From: the human T2T-CHM13v2.0 reference genome, Homo sapiens
Assembly: GCF_009914755.1 (NCBI RefSeq)
Contig: NC_060936.1
Reading direction: 5' to 3' (one strand)
Length of the DNA stretch: 64,000 bases
The notes beneath the pieces were generated by a model. That model did no database searches. It was not told the DNA's origin and saw nothing but the letters and a program-made list of their open reading frames with translations. Below, piece after piece: positions 1-14,510 of the stretch; within the stretch, counting starts at the first letter, position 1; every line of letters begins with the position of its first letter. The position numbers were made by a program, and so were the translations under genes.

Positions 1-73
1 GGCTAAGGGATTGTAGAACAGTGACCCTTCAACAGGAACAGTGTCCTAAATGAGTGCCCTTTTTGCTAAATGA

Positions 74-358
<285 letters not shown>

Positions 359-869
359 ATCATTCTGTTTTTGTAACTGTAACTGAGCACTTTGGCCTCA
401 GTAAAAAAGAATGACTGGAAACAACTTGGCTATCCAAGTAACAACAATTGTGTCAATAAACTTAGTTTAGAGATATTTACCACTAAATAAAATCTTTACC
501 CTTCATGAGTACCAGTTTTTTTTTAACTTTTTTTTACTCTCTACATAGACAGTAAAATAAGTTAGAGAGTAAAATAAATAATAAGAATTTATTTAGCTTC
601 TCCTATACAGTAAGATTTGTTCTAACATTTGTATTGGTGAATGAGTATTCCAAAATGATATGTCAGCCATCCAATATATAGACCAAATACAAGTTGAACA
701 ATAGTATAGCTATAGATGCAAATATAGATATTGAGGTAGGTAGAATGAAACTATTTTTTACAAGCAATGTTTGCCTACTTAGGTGTTTTGTACTTGCTGA
801 TCTCTCCAAGTATACTCCTCCTCCATATACTGTGTAACATTCCCTCTTACCACTTCCAGGCTTTTACAA

Positions 870-1337
870 GTGTCACTATGGCTGAGCTTCCCATGCCCTG
901 CCCATTTTCCTTCAGCAATTCTGATTCGCCTATATGTTTGAGACCTTTTGCTGCATGCGTCTGAGATGTTGCTTTCATTGGCCAATGGTGCATGATTGAC
1001 ATGCATACAGGTCAGGCCAGAAGGTAAAAAATGTTCCCCAAAGCAGCCTTCAGTTAATTAGAGAAGGGAATTAGTAGCCAAGTGCCTCCCATTTCCCTCA
1101 ATCTTTGGATGATAAAATATGAGACATGGTTCACACAGTCTCCCAGAATTCCATAGAAGGATGGAGCCTGGGTTGCCTGTGGCAGCTTCCTGATCATTTG
1201 TACACTTTTTATTGGAATCCTTTCCTTCTCAGCACTTGCCTGTTTCCTGCCATGGTTCTTGGGAATCACCACACACAACTTACTTGTACCTAATTTCTTG
1301 CTTCAGAGTTAGTTTCCTGGAAATCTTACCTAAGATA
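870..1337 (+). mobile_element. Old ERVL solo LTR (LTR16-like)
   Basis: 3' end ...ACTTGTACCTAATTTCTTGCTTCAGAGTTAGTTTCCTGGAAATCTTACCTAAGATA resembles the LTR16 terminus. Left boundary approximate. Confidence 0.55.
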
Positions 1338-1399
1338 GTCACATTCTTAAATGCAAAATTTACTTTCACCACCCTCATTAAAAGTGCAACTCCAACCTA

Positions 1400-1625
1400 A
1401 ACCAAGCATAGCCTTCTCCTTACCCTATCTTAATATGCTTCATTGCATTGTTTTGAAATGAAAAATTATATCATTTACTCTTTACTTACTACCTGAATCC
1501 CTCACTGGAAAGTAAAGCTATGAGAGCAGGAACTTTTGTTTGTTTGCTGTATCTCTAGTACCTATAATTAAACCTGCTGAATGGAGGGTGCTCAATGAAT
1601 TATTTTTGAAGAAATAAATTATTAA
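1400..1625 (+). mobile_element. L2 3' end fragment
   Basis: GTAAAGCTATGAGAGCAGGAAC...GGTGCTCAATGAATTATTTTTGAAG is the typical L2 3' terminus. Confidence 0.65.
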
Positions 1626-1709
1626 AATGAATCTCAGCAAAAAACTAAGCTAACATCAATATTTTCTTCTAAGATTGACAAAGTAGACTTTGAAATTGGC
1701 AAGGAGATA

Positions 1710-1751
1710 GTGTTTAACTCAACTTTATGTGTGTTTAACTCAACTTTATGT
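1710..1751. repeat. Perfect 21-bp tandem duplication GTGTTTAACTCAACTTTATGT x2
   Basis: Read directly: 1710-1730 = 1731-1751. Confidence 0.95.
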
Positions 1752-2379
1752 TTCTTCCCCAGACAAATCAAAGAAATCTGAGTCTAATATAATGAATGTT
1801 AAAACATACATTTCATTAAAGCTTTGAGTCTTGCTTAAATATAATTTTAAATTGTCAAGGAAAGCCAAGAATTGGAACCTTCTATTTTACAACTCAAATA
1901 GCTAGGCTTCAGATCTTTATCATTGAGGAGTACATGATTCAAGCAATTATTAAATCTACAGATGTTCAGCTATAAGCTTTTACAAGATCTCTTGTCACTG
2001 AAAAGAGAGCAGAGGTATATTGTAGATGTAGCAAGAAAAAGTTAGTTGGGCTAAGACAAAATGTAACTTAATTTCTATCATTGGGGGCTACAAAACGTTT
2101 AGGTGGTATGTAACAATGCTGAATAAGTAAAATAATAATTGAGAACATACAATCAATAATTTTCAGTTATAATATTTATGGCAATGCCTGTTTTCTTATA
2201 TACTGGAGTTTTTTAAGAAAGCATAGTGAGCTTTCAGGTATTACTGTGAAAAAGGAATAGTATGACATTATAGTGTTTAAAGAAGTTTTATTTAGATATG
2301 CTTTGGTTCAAATTCCAACTCTGCAATTTACTAAAGGTATGCTCCTCTATGATTTCAGATTTACCTAATTTTGTTTTTA

Positions 2380-3990
2380 TTTTTAGAGAGGTAAAACACA
2401 TAAGGTAATGTGCACAACTCTTAATTGTATAGTTTGATGTATCTTCATGAAGCTAACACATTCATTGAGACAGCCATTTATCAAATCAAATTATAGAATA
2501 TTTCAAAGATCGCAAAAGCCTGCCTTATGGGCCCTACCAATTATCACTGTACCCAACGACTCGGTGGTAACGACTCTTCTCACTTCTGTCACCATAAAAT
2601 AACTAAGTCTGTTTTTGAAATTTTTATAGATGTAATAGCACACTATGTTTTATGTCTAATTTCATTTGGAGAATATTCTATGTATAAGATTTAGTACCAG
2701 TGTTCCATGTAGTAGCCATTTGAGCATTTTCATTTTATGCACTCTCACATTGCATGACCACCACTAATGGTTTTATGACCACATCTAATTTACCCATTCC
2801 AAATTTGATGGAAATGTGAGATATTTTTGTTCATTAATAATTATTTTGCTTTGACTGTTTAATGGGTGCAGAGTTTTCTTTTGTGGTAATGAAATGCTTT
2901 TGAACTAGATGGAAATGGTGATTATACAACATTAAGAATGTGTTGGATATCACTGAATTGCACCCTTTAAAATAGTCAATTATATGTCATGTGATTTTGT
3001 CCTGAAGAAAAAGTATTGTGTTGCTTTGAACATTGTATCTCATTTTTGCCCTATTTATACTGTGAAGTATTCATATGTTCAGCGTTAGTAGAAATTGCCA
3101 ACTTTTCTCGGCGGCAGTGTCAGTTTCCACATTCACTGAGAGTAAATGAGATTTCTAGTCCTCCACAACATTGTCAACAGGATTTGTTTTTTCCCATACT
3201 CATTGGTTTTAATCTGTATTTCACCGATGATGAATGAGGTTGAGCACCTCCACATAATTTGATTATCTATTTAGATAGATTTGTTAGTGAAGTGCTTAGT
3301 TTTTTATTAGGTTGTCTTTTCTTACTAATCTGTATAAATGTATGTATTCTAAATCATTTTTTCTCAGATTAACACATTCCCTGACAATTATTCAAATTGT
3401 CAAAATATTCTCTCATTCTGTGGTTTTGAGTTTCACAGTTTTAATCTCCTAAGAGTGAATAGAAGTTCTTATTTTTACCATAGTTCAATTTTCCAATTTT
3501 TCCCTTTATACTTAGTGCTTCTTGAGTTTTGTTAACATATATTTAACTATATCAAAGTAACGACTATATCTTGTTATTTTCTGGAGTTTTCATTGTATTA
3601 CCTTTTACATTTGGGCTTAAGATCCTTGGAATTAATTACCTTGTATTATGTAACCTGGTGATCAAGCTTCTTTCTTTTTCTATTTTTCCTTCCTTTTTTC
3701 CTTCTTACACACACACAACACACATTTATCTGTATGTATGAATATATAAATATGACTATACACGTAATACATATGCTTTCTTACATACACGTTTGTATAC
3801 ACATATGTATGTTTTTATCCATATGTGTGCACATGTATACATTTATGTATTCATACTTTTATATATGAGTAGATATATTGCAATAGATATAGTATAAATC
3901 ATCTTTCTTCTACATTAAGTGTTATTTTGTTATTTTTGTCATATATCTGGTAATTTATGAGTCAGCTATATCAGTCTTATTTGGTTCCTT
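2380..3990 (-). mobile_element. Old L1M (L1MC/ME-type) 3' region, fragmented
   Basis: Degenerate antisense L1 3'UTR/ORF2-end motifs (e.g. TTGGTTTTAATCTGTATTTCACCGATGATGAATGAGGTTGAGCAC). Confidence 0.6.
2852..3012 (+). mobile_element. L1MB-type 3' end fragment nested in the older L1
   Basis: TAATGGGTGCAGAGTTTTC...ACTGAATTGCACCCTTTAAAATAGTCAATTATATGTCATGTGATTTT followed by an A-rich end. Confidence 0.7.
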
Positions 3991-3996
3991 TGAAGG

Positions 3997-4413
3997 TGAT
4001 GTGGTTTGGATGTATGTCTCACACAAATCTCATATAGAAATGTAATCGCCAATGTTGGAGGTGGGGCCTAGTAGGAGGTGATTAGATCATGGGGTGGATT
4101 TCTCACAAATGGTTTAGCACCATTCCTGTTGGTACTGTCATCATGATAGTGAGGGGGTTCTTGTGAGATCTGGTTGTATAAAAGTGTGTGTAGCACCTCC
4201 CCTCTTGCTGTCTCACTCCTGCTTTTGCCATGTAATATACAAGCTCCTGCTTCATCTACCTCCATGATTGAAACCTGGCAGAGGCCTCCCCAGAAGGAGA
4301 GGCTACTGTGTTTCCTGTACACCTGCAGAATCATGTGCCAACTAAACATCTTTTCTTATAAAGTAGCCAGTCTCAGGTATTTCTTTATAGCAATGTGAGA
4401 ACAAACTAATACA
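3997..4413 (+). mobile_element. MSTA solo LTR (ERVL-MaLR)
   Basis: TGATGTGGTTTGGATG...CAGGTATTTCTTTATAGCAATGTGAGAACAAACTAATACA with TG...CA termini, ~417 bp. Confidence 0.9.
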
Positions 4414-5155
4414 CAAAGCATTATGCCCTTCCTTTAAGCTCCTTTTGTAGATTTTTTTCCTTTGTTTTGATTTTCAACAGGTTTACTATAAAATGGCTAG
4501 ATTTTCTTTGTACTTGGGATTCTTGTAGCTTCTTCAATTTTTGGTACTATGTCTTTTGTCAGATTTGAAAAATTATTCACAAGTGGCTCTTTGATTTTGT
4601 GTTTGCCTATTATTTTCTCTTTCCAAAACACTGAGTATATATAGGTCCCATTTTATGGTCTCTGTTCTTCAAGATGGATAGTCTTTGATTAATTCATTCT
4701 TTTAAAATAAGATTATACATTAATGCTCTCTTTTTCAAAGCCAGTCTTCTTCTACACCCACTTACTGAATTATTTATTATGGTTATCAAAAATTTCAGTG
4801 CTAGGGTTTTCACACTAAACACACACAATTTTAATTATAGTTCTCTGTTGAAACTTTCAATATTCTATTTTTCAGCATGTATTAATCATAATTGTTTAAA
4901 AGTCTGAATTTCATTTCAATATCTAGTAAACCTGAGTGACTATTCTATTACTTAATTTTTCTCTTGGTTTTCAATCATTCGACCCCTATTTTCTAGTAGA
5001 ATCAATTATTTTTATTTAATTACTGGCCAGTAGAAACTCGTGGGCAAATCACCTGATTCAGTTGAGGCTGACCTGTTTCTTGTTTGTTTTTCTACAAGGT
5101 AGAGCTCTTCTGGCATCCCCACTGAAAGTGTGCAGTACTAACTAGGGCCATTCTT

Positions 5156-5362
5156 TTTTTTTTCTTTTTTTTTTATATACTTTTTTATTATACTTTGAGT
5201 TCTAGGGTACATGTGCACAACGTGCAGGTTTGTTCCATCTGTATACATGTGTCATGTTGGTGTGCTGCACCCATTAACTCGTCATTTACATTAGGCATAT
5301 CTCTTAATGCTATCCCACCCTCCCCCACCCCACAACAGGCCCCTGTGTGTGATGTTCCCCTT
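5156..5362 (-). mobile_element. Severely 5'-truncated L1PA (L1PA5-like) 3' end with perfect 17-bp TSD
   Basis: Poly-T followed by the antisense L1 3'UTR. TAACTAGGGCCATTCTT occurs at 5139-5155 and 5363-5379. Confidence 0.95.
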
Positions 5363-6429
5363 TAACTAGGGCCATTCTTGCTTATTAGTACATGAACTTC
5401 AACTCTTGACTTCCTTGTCTTGTGTGACTGCCAGGTTCTCTGCTTGGTTTGTAGCAGCTATTTTCTTCTTAATTTCTATTTATTTAGTCTATGCATTTGT
5501 GTTTTAGGGGGTGGAAAATGCCTCAAAGTAAATTACACATGAAATACTGGGCTCAATTTTCTACATTTTATTTTTCTTCTAGAATATTGGCTTCCTGAAT
5601 ATAGGGCCAAATTATTGAAAACCAAGAGAAAAATTAAGTAATAGCATAGTCACTCAGGCTTAGTAGATATTGAAATGATCAAACACAGACTTTTAAATAA
5701 TTATGATTAATACATGTAAAGGTACTGCTTAGTAACTTTGACTCCAGTGTTTGTCTCCCTAGTCCAGTGGATTTATTGTCAACTGTAGACTGTATTTGTC
5801 TATTCAGACTTTCTGTCCAAGCCATGGATTAGCAAAAACCATACAGAAGGGGATGGAAGAGAATGGAGGTAAATGATGGGCTTGCTACAATGCATATTTT
5901 CTCTCTCTGATCTTGTTCCTCCAATCCTTAATTGCATTGAAATCTTCAGTCACATGAGTTTTGCATTTAAAACTCTTATTGTTGCTCTTCATGAGGGAAT
6001 AAGTCTTATATCTGTTACTATATTATAGACAGAAATGAAAGTCTGAGAAAGTTATTTAAACTCTCCTGGTTTTTCTTCCTTTAAATGAGAATGAATATGC
6101 CACTCAAAGTGTATATTTAAATCATAGTTAAGGAGGTTTCTTATACAGAGTGCACTGCAGAGTACATTGTGATTAATAAAGGATAGAGGTTATGATTGTT
6201 AGTTTGGTTCATTAATAAATAATAACTACCATTACAATGTCAGAAAGTATACGGTACTCAAATATAAAATATATGAAATCATAATACCAAGAAGAGAGTT
6301 ACAGTTTTCAGTAGAAACACAACCATATTTCTATAAATATTGTTTATTAAGTTGTTCTATTCCTGAAACATTCTATTTATGTAAATATTCTGGACTAATA
6401 AGGGAAAACTTCACCTAGTTTAAGCAATT

Positions 6430-6850
6430 TGGTGAGAACTCATTCAGCTATGAGTAAAAGAAACTTAGAAGTAGGAAGGGGGTAATTTTTTTCATGCTTC
6501 AATATATCCAGTAGCAAGTAAGCTAGACCAGCATGGTGACTCAAAGATGACATTGAGAACTTGACTCTCTCAATCTTGCAGCTCCGCTATTTACACTCTT
6601 TGGCTTTTGTCTGGTCTTCATGTTTGCCTCTTGTTGACAGGAGGGACAAGTCTCCTCCAGCATCATGTATGCAATATAGGCAAGAATGGGAATTTGGCAG
6701 CAATAATAAGATAATTATTCTTATGTCGGGAAAACACATTTCCCCAGAAATTATGGGGACTTTTGCTTACTAGATTCTTGCAAGAACTTTATCTATAACT
6801 GTAAGGACTGTGGGTATATGCAGCTTTTAAGCTATGAGTATCAACTCTCC
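6430..6850 (-). mobile_element. Old ERVL/MaLR LTR (LTR33/MLT1-like)
   Basis: Degenerate match to old LTR motifs (CTCATTCAGCTATGAGTAAAAGAAAC..., GGCTTTTGTCTGGTCTTCATG). Confidence 0.45.
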
Positions 6851-7171
6851 ATATCAAATTTGTCCCACAAATATACTCACACTTGCCATGCACCAGGATT
6901 AGATTCTTATTATCTACTTTATTATTTCTCAAGTTACCACGAGCCACAAAAAGAAGCTGGCATGGCCAAACACATTAGGGCATTACTTACATGACTTATA
7001 TGATGATGTTTTCAAAGAGCCAATAAAAGGCTCAGAAAACTATAAAGGAAAAAAATAAAAAGTTGTTATTTTCCTACAATTTTTTCCAGAAAAGAAACTA
7101 AGTTTTGGTAAAATGCCTACAATTAGAGCACAGAGCTACTAATCTTTAGGAGAAAATCAGACAACTATTGA

Positions 7172-7493
<322 letters not shown>

Positions 7494-9284
7494 TCATATA
7501 TGTAACTATATAAAAACATGAAGATTGATAGGTAGATAGACAGACAGACACATTGCTACACAAAAGCCAGAAAGATTGTATTTGCACATCAGTTCAAACA
7601 TAGATTTTATATATCAGCAATGAAATTAATAAAATATTTATTGAATACCTACTGGTTTGGGCACTGGAGTAGTAAGCAAAGAGCAAATTCAATGATATGG
7701 GGAAAAATTTAATAACAGCGATAGCAGTTTGGTTTTCCAAAATCACAAATTCAGAAAAATATAAACTTTCTGAAGTTTGAAGACATTCATATGAAATCTA
7801 TGTAAATTCAAGGTCCAAAATTGAGATATTTAATCCAACAAATTTTATGTTGTTTCTTTCTCTTAACATTATTTTGTCTATTCCCTCTTTTCTCCTAATA
7901 CATTTTTTCTTACATATTACTAGATGAATTAATAATGCAAAGAGGCTGGTGCTGCTTTTAAGTTGATCACTAAGTCATTTTATTATCTTAATTTTAGAAC
8001 ATTTTCAAGTTACCTGCTTGCATTGATTGTGAATCCTTTTATTTATTATTTAATTTAGGATGCCCTTGTATCATTTTAAAACCTCTATGAGTTTAGGAAA
8101 AAATGTGGGTAGTGGTGTTAGTAAATGTGTTTGAATGAAAAGAAATTAGTTTCTGTTCTATTCCAGTATCAAATAATTCAGCAATATATGCAGGATTTCC
8201 TTCAAAGGTATGTTCCAAGTATTCAGCACAATTCTCTGTCTTTCCAAAAGGCAATGGGTGTATATACTAATAAATTAATTAAATCACTCCTTATGTGGGG
8301 AACATCTATTTGAGGAAAGTTTTTGCTCCTCTAGATGAGGTTGACCCTAGTTCAGTTTCTATTGCCAAATATATGTCCTTGTTAAAACAGGAAGTTTTAA
8401 TTCTTTCATTTTATGTTATAGAAAAGTGGTGCTTTTTAAACTTCTATTTCTGAAAATACAGAAATTAAAAATAATTTAAAAAGGAAACTCTTTCTTCACA
8501 GAGCCAATGAAGCCTTTCTAAGCATAATTCTCTGCAACTAAAACTTGAAGAAAAGAACTTGGTGATAAGCAAAAACACAGAAGTCCCACATTTACATCTT
8601 AATGGACTCTCTTAATATGTGTTCAAATAAAGTTACAGAAACAATAATGTTAAATTAGACAATATGCAAGTAAAGTCAAATATTAATTTTGTAGGCAAAA
8701 ATGTGGGATAACTTTGCAAATTATTTTATAAGTGGTATTTTTCAATGTTTAGATTATTAATATCTAGTTTCTAAACAGCCAGGTGTGTTCCTACCATTAT
8801 TCGCAAGGTCTGGTGTGGTTCTTTCATTCAGTACCCTGTCAAAAAAGACAATTTTCAAGACAAGATTTATAACAAACGCTTCTAATGTTCAGAAAAAAAT
8901 AGAGTATTACTTGAACTGATAAATCTTCTTAAATATTAAAGAATATGATACATCTACTATTAAGCACTAGGAGAATTTAATGTAAGAAAAATATGCTTAA
9001 AAATTATGATTAGCATGAGAAAGTGTTTTAATATATCCTTCCTATTCCTCATTCTTCTCATTAAGGTAATTACAAATAAACGTTTGTTTTATTTAATTTA
9101 TTGAGGATATATTTCACTAGGCTGGAAGACAAATGCTGAAGCCAAATTAACCAAGCTGCCAGAATGTTAGCAAGGCAATATCTATTGTTTTTAACATCGT
9201 CGTCATCATCATCATCATCATGATGTTACAGAGAAATAAGGATAAAATCTGATAAAAAAAATTTGGGCAGCGGAAGAGCCACAT

Positions 9285-9432
9285 AATCAACGTTAGTTAT
9301 CGCATAATCTTTATTAAAATGAGTAACAGAGAACTTAAATAAACTACAGTCATGTGGATAGTAAATGGCAGCCTGGCATTCAGATCTATGTGTTTCAAAA
9401 ACCATCCTTGTAAACATGATCATATTACTGCC
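9285..9432 (-). mobile_element. MIR fragment
   Basis: GTAAATGGCAGCCTGGCATTCAGATCTATGTGTTTCAAAAACC is the antisense MIR core. Confidence 0.55.
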
Positions 9433-9864
9433 TGGAGCTAAATGATTCAGTTTATCTAAAGGAGGACTTACCAAAATCTAGCATCTAGAGTTGGAGAGAT
9501 CTCCCTTTGGCATTGAGTTCTGATATTTTAAGAGTTTTTTCATTATAGAATATAATCTGATAAAGTAAGAGATCATAAACTAGAGGCAGATTTTAATCTA
9601 TTTTTTAAATTTTGGCTCAGGATATGTCGACTTTAGCTACTTCTCTTTAACCCTTTTAGCAAAGAAAGCCTGAAAAGGGGGCAAATTTATCTATATAATC
9701 AGGAGATACTGGTAGGAAACTTGAGAAAATTAGGTTGTCCCAGCTAAAAATGTACATTTTAAAAGATGCATGACATAAAACTTATAGAAATCTTGCATTA
9801 TGAGCTCTCTATCTTACATCCTGTCAGGAAGGGCTATCAGAAACTTCACCACTACCTGGTAGAA

Positions 9865-10060
9865 TAATGTTTTCCAAAATGAATCTAATGATATGCACTC
9901 AACTAGCTTTGAAAGACACCCCCAGGGAGCATTTTCAAAAGCCGGACTCCTGGATCTTCTTCCTGAATAATTGAGCTGAAATCTCAGATGGTCCAGGACG
10001 TCCCTATTTCAAGCAGCTTAAGTGATTATGACAGTTATCCAGTTGAGAATCCACTGTTCT
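9865..10060. mobile_element. MER5-type hAT-Charlie MITE
   Basis: ...CAGGGAGCATTTTCAAAAGCCGGACTCCTGG...GTGATTATGACAG...GTTGAGAATCCACTG matches the MER5 pattern. Confidence 0.55.
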
Positions 10061-12167
10061 TGAATACATAAATACTTTTTCTAGTATATTGTACATTCAG
10101 ACAAGATTTATTTTATTTTTTCCTTTGTGTCATTGAATTTAATATATCATCCTTTTTATTATAATAGAATTAATTTAATAACTAGTCAACTACTTAACCT
10201 GCTATAGTGCTTTCTTACTCCATTCAGGCATATTATTTTTCATTATTTAACTTTCATTACTTGCTTTTCCAAAGCACATAACATACAGAATTAGTGGGAG
10301 GCAGAATGCAAATTAATACCCAATCCTATTTACCTAGTAAAAAATACATATAAATGAGGATTAAAACAATATTTTAAAAATAATAGACTTTTTAATTGTC
10401 TCAGTGTAAATGCTTGATTTTATTTATGAATAGATTTATTCAGCTTAGCCATACCATAATCTAGGTGGAAAGACAATGTTATTTCTGGTTTACTGTTGTC
10501 TCTTTGCTTTCAGGTCATGATAAAAAGAATATATATGCTGGAGACTTTTTCATGTGGGAAGTTATTTTCAATATAGTTTAGCTGAAATGTCATCTTAGTT
10601 TTAAAGGGAAAGAAAATAGCATGTTAATTTATTGAGCAAGAGAGACTTCTAGTCACAGACTTTAGACTCTAGAGGCTGTGGCTTGTAATGAAGCTGTCAG
10701 CAGTTGCTACTATGCCTACCCACTAAAGAAATGATGGCATTTCTAGGAAAATCAAAACATATTGCTTTAGTAGAACCTTGTTAAGAAAAACAAAATAATA
10801 ATAAATAAAATCACAAGTTTTTTTTCTTTCACCTCTCTCTAACTTCATGTGCTTCAGTATGGAATAATCCATGTAAATAAATGGGAATTTTTATTTTTAT
10901 AAAATACTTTTAAAGACAATTTTTTAATTTGATAATTTTTAAGAACTCAAGATTAAAAGTCAGAGAATCATAAATTAAAACTTTTTTGTCAATACAAAAC
11001 AAAAAGTAAAACTAAAAGACAAATCACTACCAACAGCAAATAATACAAAATAACTCATAAATCTCTGAATCAACTATTACCTTTAAAGGTGACAATATGT
11101 CATTAGCACCTAAAGTATTTTAGCAGCTACCTTAAATTTATTTTAGAAGAAAATAAAAAAATACTTAAAATCATTACAGACAATAAAACTAAGCCATGCC
11201 TGATTTTTAAAAATTTTTATGTTGTTCTACATCTCCATCAAGTTGTCTAGCCTTCACTGGCTCACATGCCTAAGTTGTCTGTATAAGGATTTCCACACCT
11301 TCTCTAAAGTTCTCAAAAGTGCAATCAGCCTTTTCTTTGGTAATGTCAGATTCCTACCTGGTTTCTCAGTTCTCAGTATGGTATTATCCTGAATCTACCT
11401 CAGCTATGTTCCTTTGGGCTGTATTTGCATTTAATATTTATTCACAGGGACAGTCATAATTCTCCATTTGGAAGAATGGAACAAGAATGTAGAAAACAAT
11501 TATATGCTGGGTGCACTATGTGTGCTAGCCACTATATTACATGTTTTCACATGAACTCAGTTTACTCCTCACAATTCTGAAAGACCGTATTAAGAGAATG
11601 AAGAAGAAACATAAGCAGTTATAACCTATGCACATGGAATGAATATCACAGTTTGCTTTTAAATTGAGTAAATTATTTTTAAACGAGTAAATGATAATTA
11701 TCTCACAAAATTACTAATTTCAGCAAGGCATTTTTTTCTGTTTTTGCAAAAGATATTTATATGAACATTTATTATAATGTATACTATACTTTTAGGATTA
11801 TGAACACCAATGCCAGGTTAATCACATTTGACTCCAGTTTTAGAGATAGTAATGCAAGAAAGGGTGAGGTAAGTTTTTGGATGCCATTTCCAGTGACTTT
11901 ATTTTTTTTTACTTTTGTAAAAGTAATTTTTCATCATTTCCATAGGCTCATCACTACACTCGCTTCCTAGAGAAGAAGTCTAATGAGAAGGCATTTTGAG
12001 AATTTATGCCAATTCTCTTATGTGTATATGCTTATGAATCATGTAGGTATAACTGTAGTAATAGAACATGTATATTATAATACATATACAAAATATAAGT
12101 TTTCAAAAGACGAGATAAAGTTTAATGTAAAAAACATTAATAAACATAGCTTTATGCTATCTTTATT

Positions 12168-12580
12168 AGCATAACATGTTTCTAAAATGGGCTCCAAAAT
12201 TCCTGCTCCTGGTGTGACACACTGTATAACTCTCTTATCTTGAGTGTGGGCAGAATCTGTGAATAGAATGGCAATATCACTCCCATGATAAGGTTCAAAT
12301 CAGTTGACTTGGACTTAACCAAGAGGGAGCCTATATTGGGTGGGTGTCAGGGAGACTCCCTCTGGTCTAAAGCAGGCATTTGCAGTTTACAACCATGTTG
12401 TAAACTGCCTATGGGCCACATAGGAAGGGTCTGCAGGTGGCCACTAGTAGCTGAGAATCGTTACTCACCAATAGCTAGCAAGAAAATGAGAACCTCACTC
12501 ATGCGGTCATAAGGAAATGAAATCTTCCAACAACCAGTTATCTTAGAAGAGAACCCTAAGTTTCAGATGAGAATTATAAA
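12168..12580 (+). mobile_element. MLT1E-type MaLR LTR (partial)
   Basis: TCTAAAATGGGCTCCAAAATTCCTGCTCCTGGTG...TTGAGTGTGGGCAGAATCTGTGAATA...ATCACTCCCATGATAAGGTT. Confidence 0.75.
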
Positions 12581-13035
12581 TTATTTATGATCCTGGTAAT
12601 ACGCTGAGAAAAGAAGCCCCCCCAACCTTCCCCGCCCCCACTCACCCACAGCTTTACCCGCCCCGCCCCCCACCCACCCACATGCGCATACATGAAAGCT
12701 ACAGGGTTCCTGGATCTGAGCAACTTGAGTTAAGGGGAAGTATCCACAATCTTACCTACAGAAACAAACCCCTTTCTTCTTGTCCTCTTTGCTCTACTCT
12801 CACCCTAGGACAGCAAGGAAGTTGATGCTTAAAGGGATTAATAATTTCATCTGAATATGAACTAAATTGACACTAACTCTTAATTTGAATAACAACCTAT
12901 TATTCAATGACTTCCAATGTTAACATTTTTATTTCTTATATTTTATAGTATTCAGACATCTTTAGTAAAGTATTGATGCTGTACTAACTTTGTAGATTTG
13001 TAACGCAAGTTCTTCAAACCTAAGAACATTTTGAG

Positions 13036-13178
13036 GCGTTGGTGTGATGGTGCCCACCCACCCAGACACTTAAAAGGCTGAGGTGGGAGGATTGCTTGAG
13101 CCCATGAGTTTGAATACAGCCTGAGCAACATACTGAGACCCCATCTCTAATGAAAACCTCAAAAAGTACAAAAAAAGT
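13036..13178 (+). mobile_element. FLAM (Alu monomer)
   Basis: GGCTGAGGTGGGAGGATTGCTTGAGCCCATGAGTTTGA...GAGACCCCATCTCT followed by an A-rich tail, single monomer. Confidence 0.8.
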
Positions 13179-14204
13179 TGTGAGTGGTAAAACAGCTGAG
13201 TTTGTGTGAAATACACCTGGGCTCCAAATACTTCATCCTCCTGGGGAGAAGTCACAGCAGATGATTAGGCAAACTCTGTGCTATGTTAGGATTAGGTAAA
13301 CTCCTTCCTATGTTAAGAGTATACTGCCTAATTCAATATCTCAACATTTTGTGGTTATGATTATGAAACCTAGGAAAATGAAGCTAGACCCACATGTAGT
13401 AGTTAGGCAAATTGTTGTAAGTAAAACATAAATAAAAGATAGTACTTTATGAATATCACATTAAAACTTATTATTAATAAATGGTATTTCTTCTGGTTGA
13501 ATTTGTATGGCCTTTTTCTGAAAGACTTCATATTGTTTTAAAGTATTTGTGTCAAATTGCAGGATAGCATGTGTGTGTCTGTATGCATGTGTGTGTCTTT
13601 GTGTGTGTCTCCCTTACCTTTAATAATAAATAATAGCATCTTAAAGATGATATATATATATATAGCTGACTCAAGAGTAAGAATATACTGTTAGTTTTTT
13701 TCTTCCCTGAGAAATGTTGGTCATAAATAGAGTTTGAGAGCCACTAGTCTAATTCACGACAGTTAAATTTAAATTTATTTTCCATGCCATTTAAAAAAAT
13801 TAATACTAAATGTCAATAGTAAACAAGGTTATGACAGAAATAGCCCACTTTTTAAATTACACTCCTATGGCAATTATGTCTTATTTTATTCAGGAGGTGA
13901 GGGAAACATGTTACCTTAACACAATGCAAGAGTTTTAAAGTCTTGTCATTTTTTAAATGTCAATTCTTGTTTCCTATACTCCTTAAAATATAAATATTTA
14001 TTATGCTTCATGGCCTTTTCATGTTATAACTCTCTGAAAAATTATAGGTCTCAAAGCCATTCAAGTGTTTATCATGGGAATAGGTATAGATTTGACAAAC
14101 AGCATAAAATACCTACTTTATATATTTTTAATTATTTTTGCAATAAATTCCAATGTAGGGAAGCCAAATAAAGCAAATTTTTAACAAAATTTACACATCT
14201 TCTT

Positions 14205-14510
<306 letters not shown>

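Noticed and set aside
10490-10565. Good splice-acceptor-like sequence TCTTTGCTTTCAG|G (similar at ~16935-16953)
   Set aside because: No convincing donor or open coding frame follows. Such motifs are frequent in T-rich DNA. A non-coding exon cannot be excluded without RNA data.
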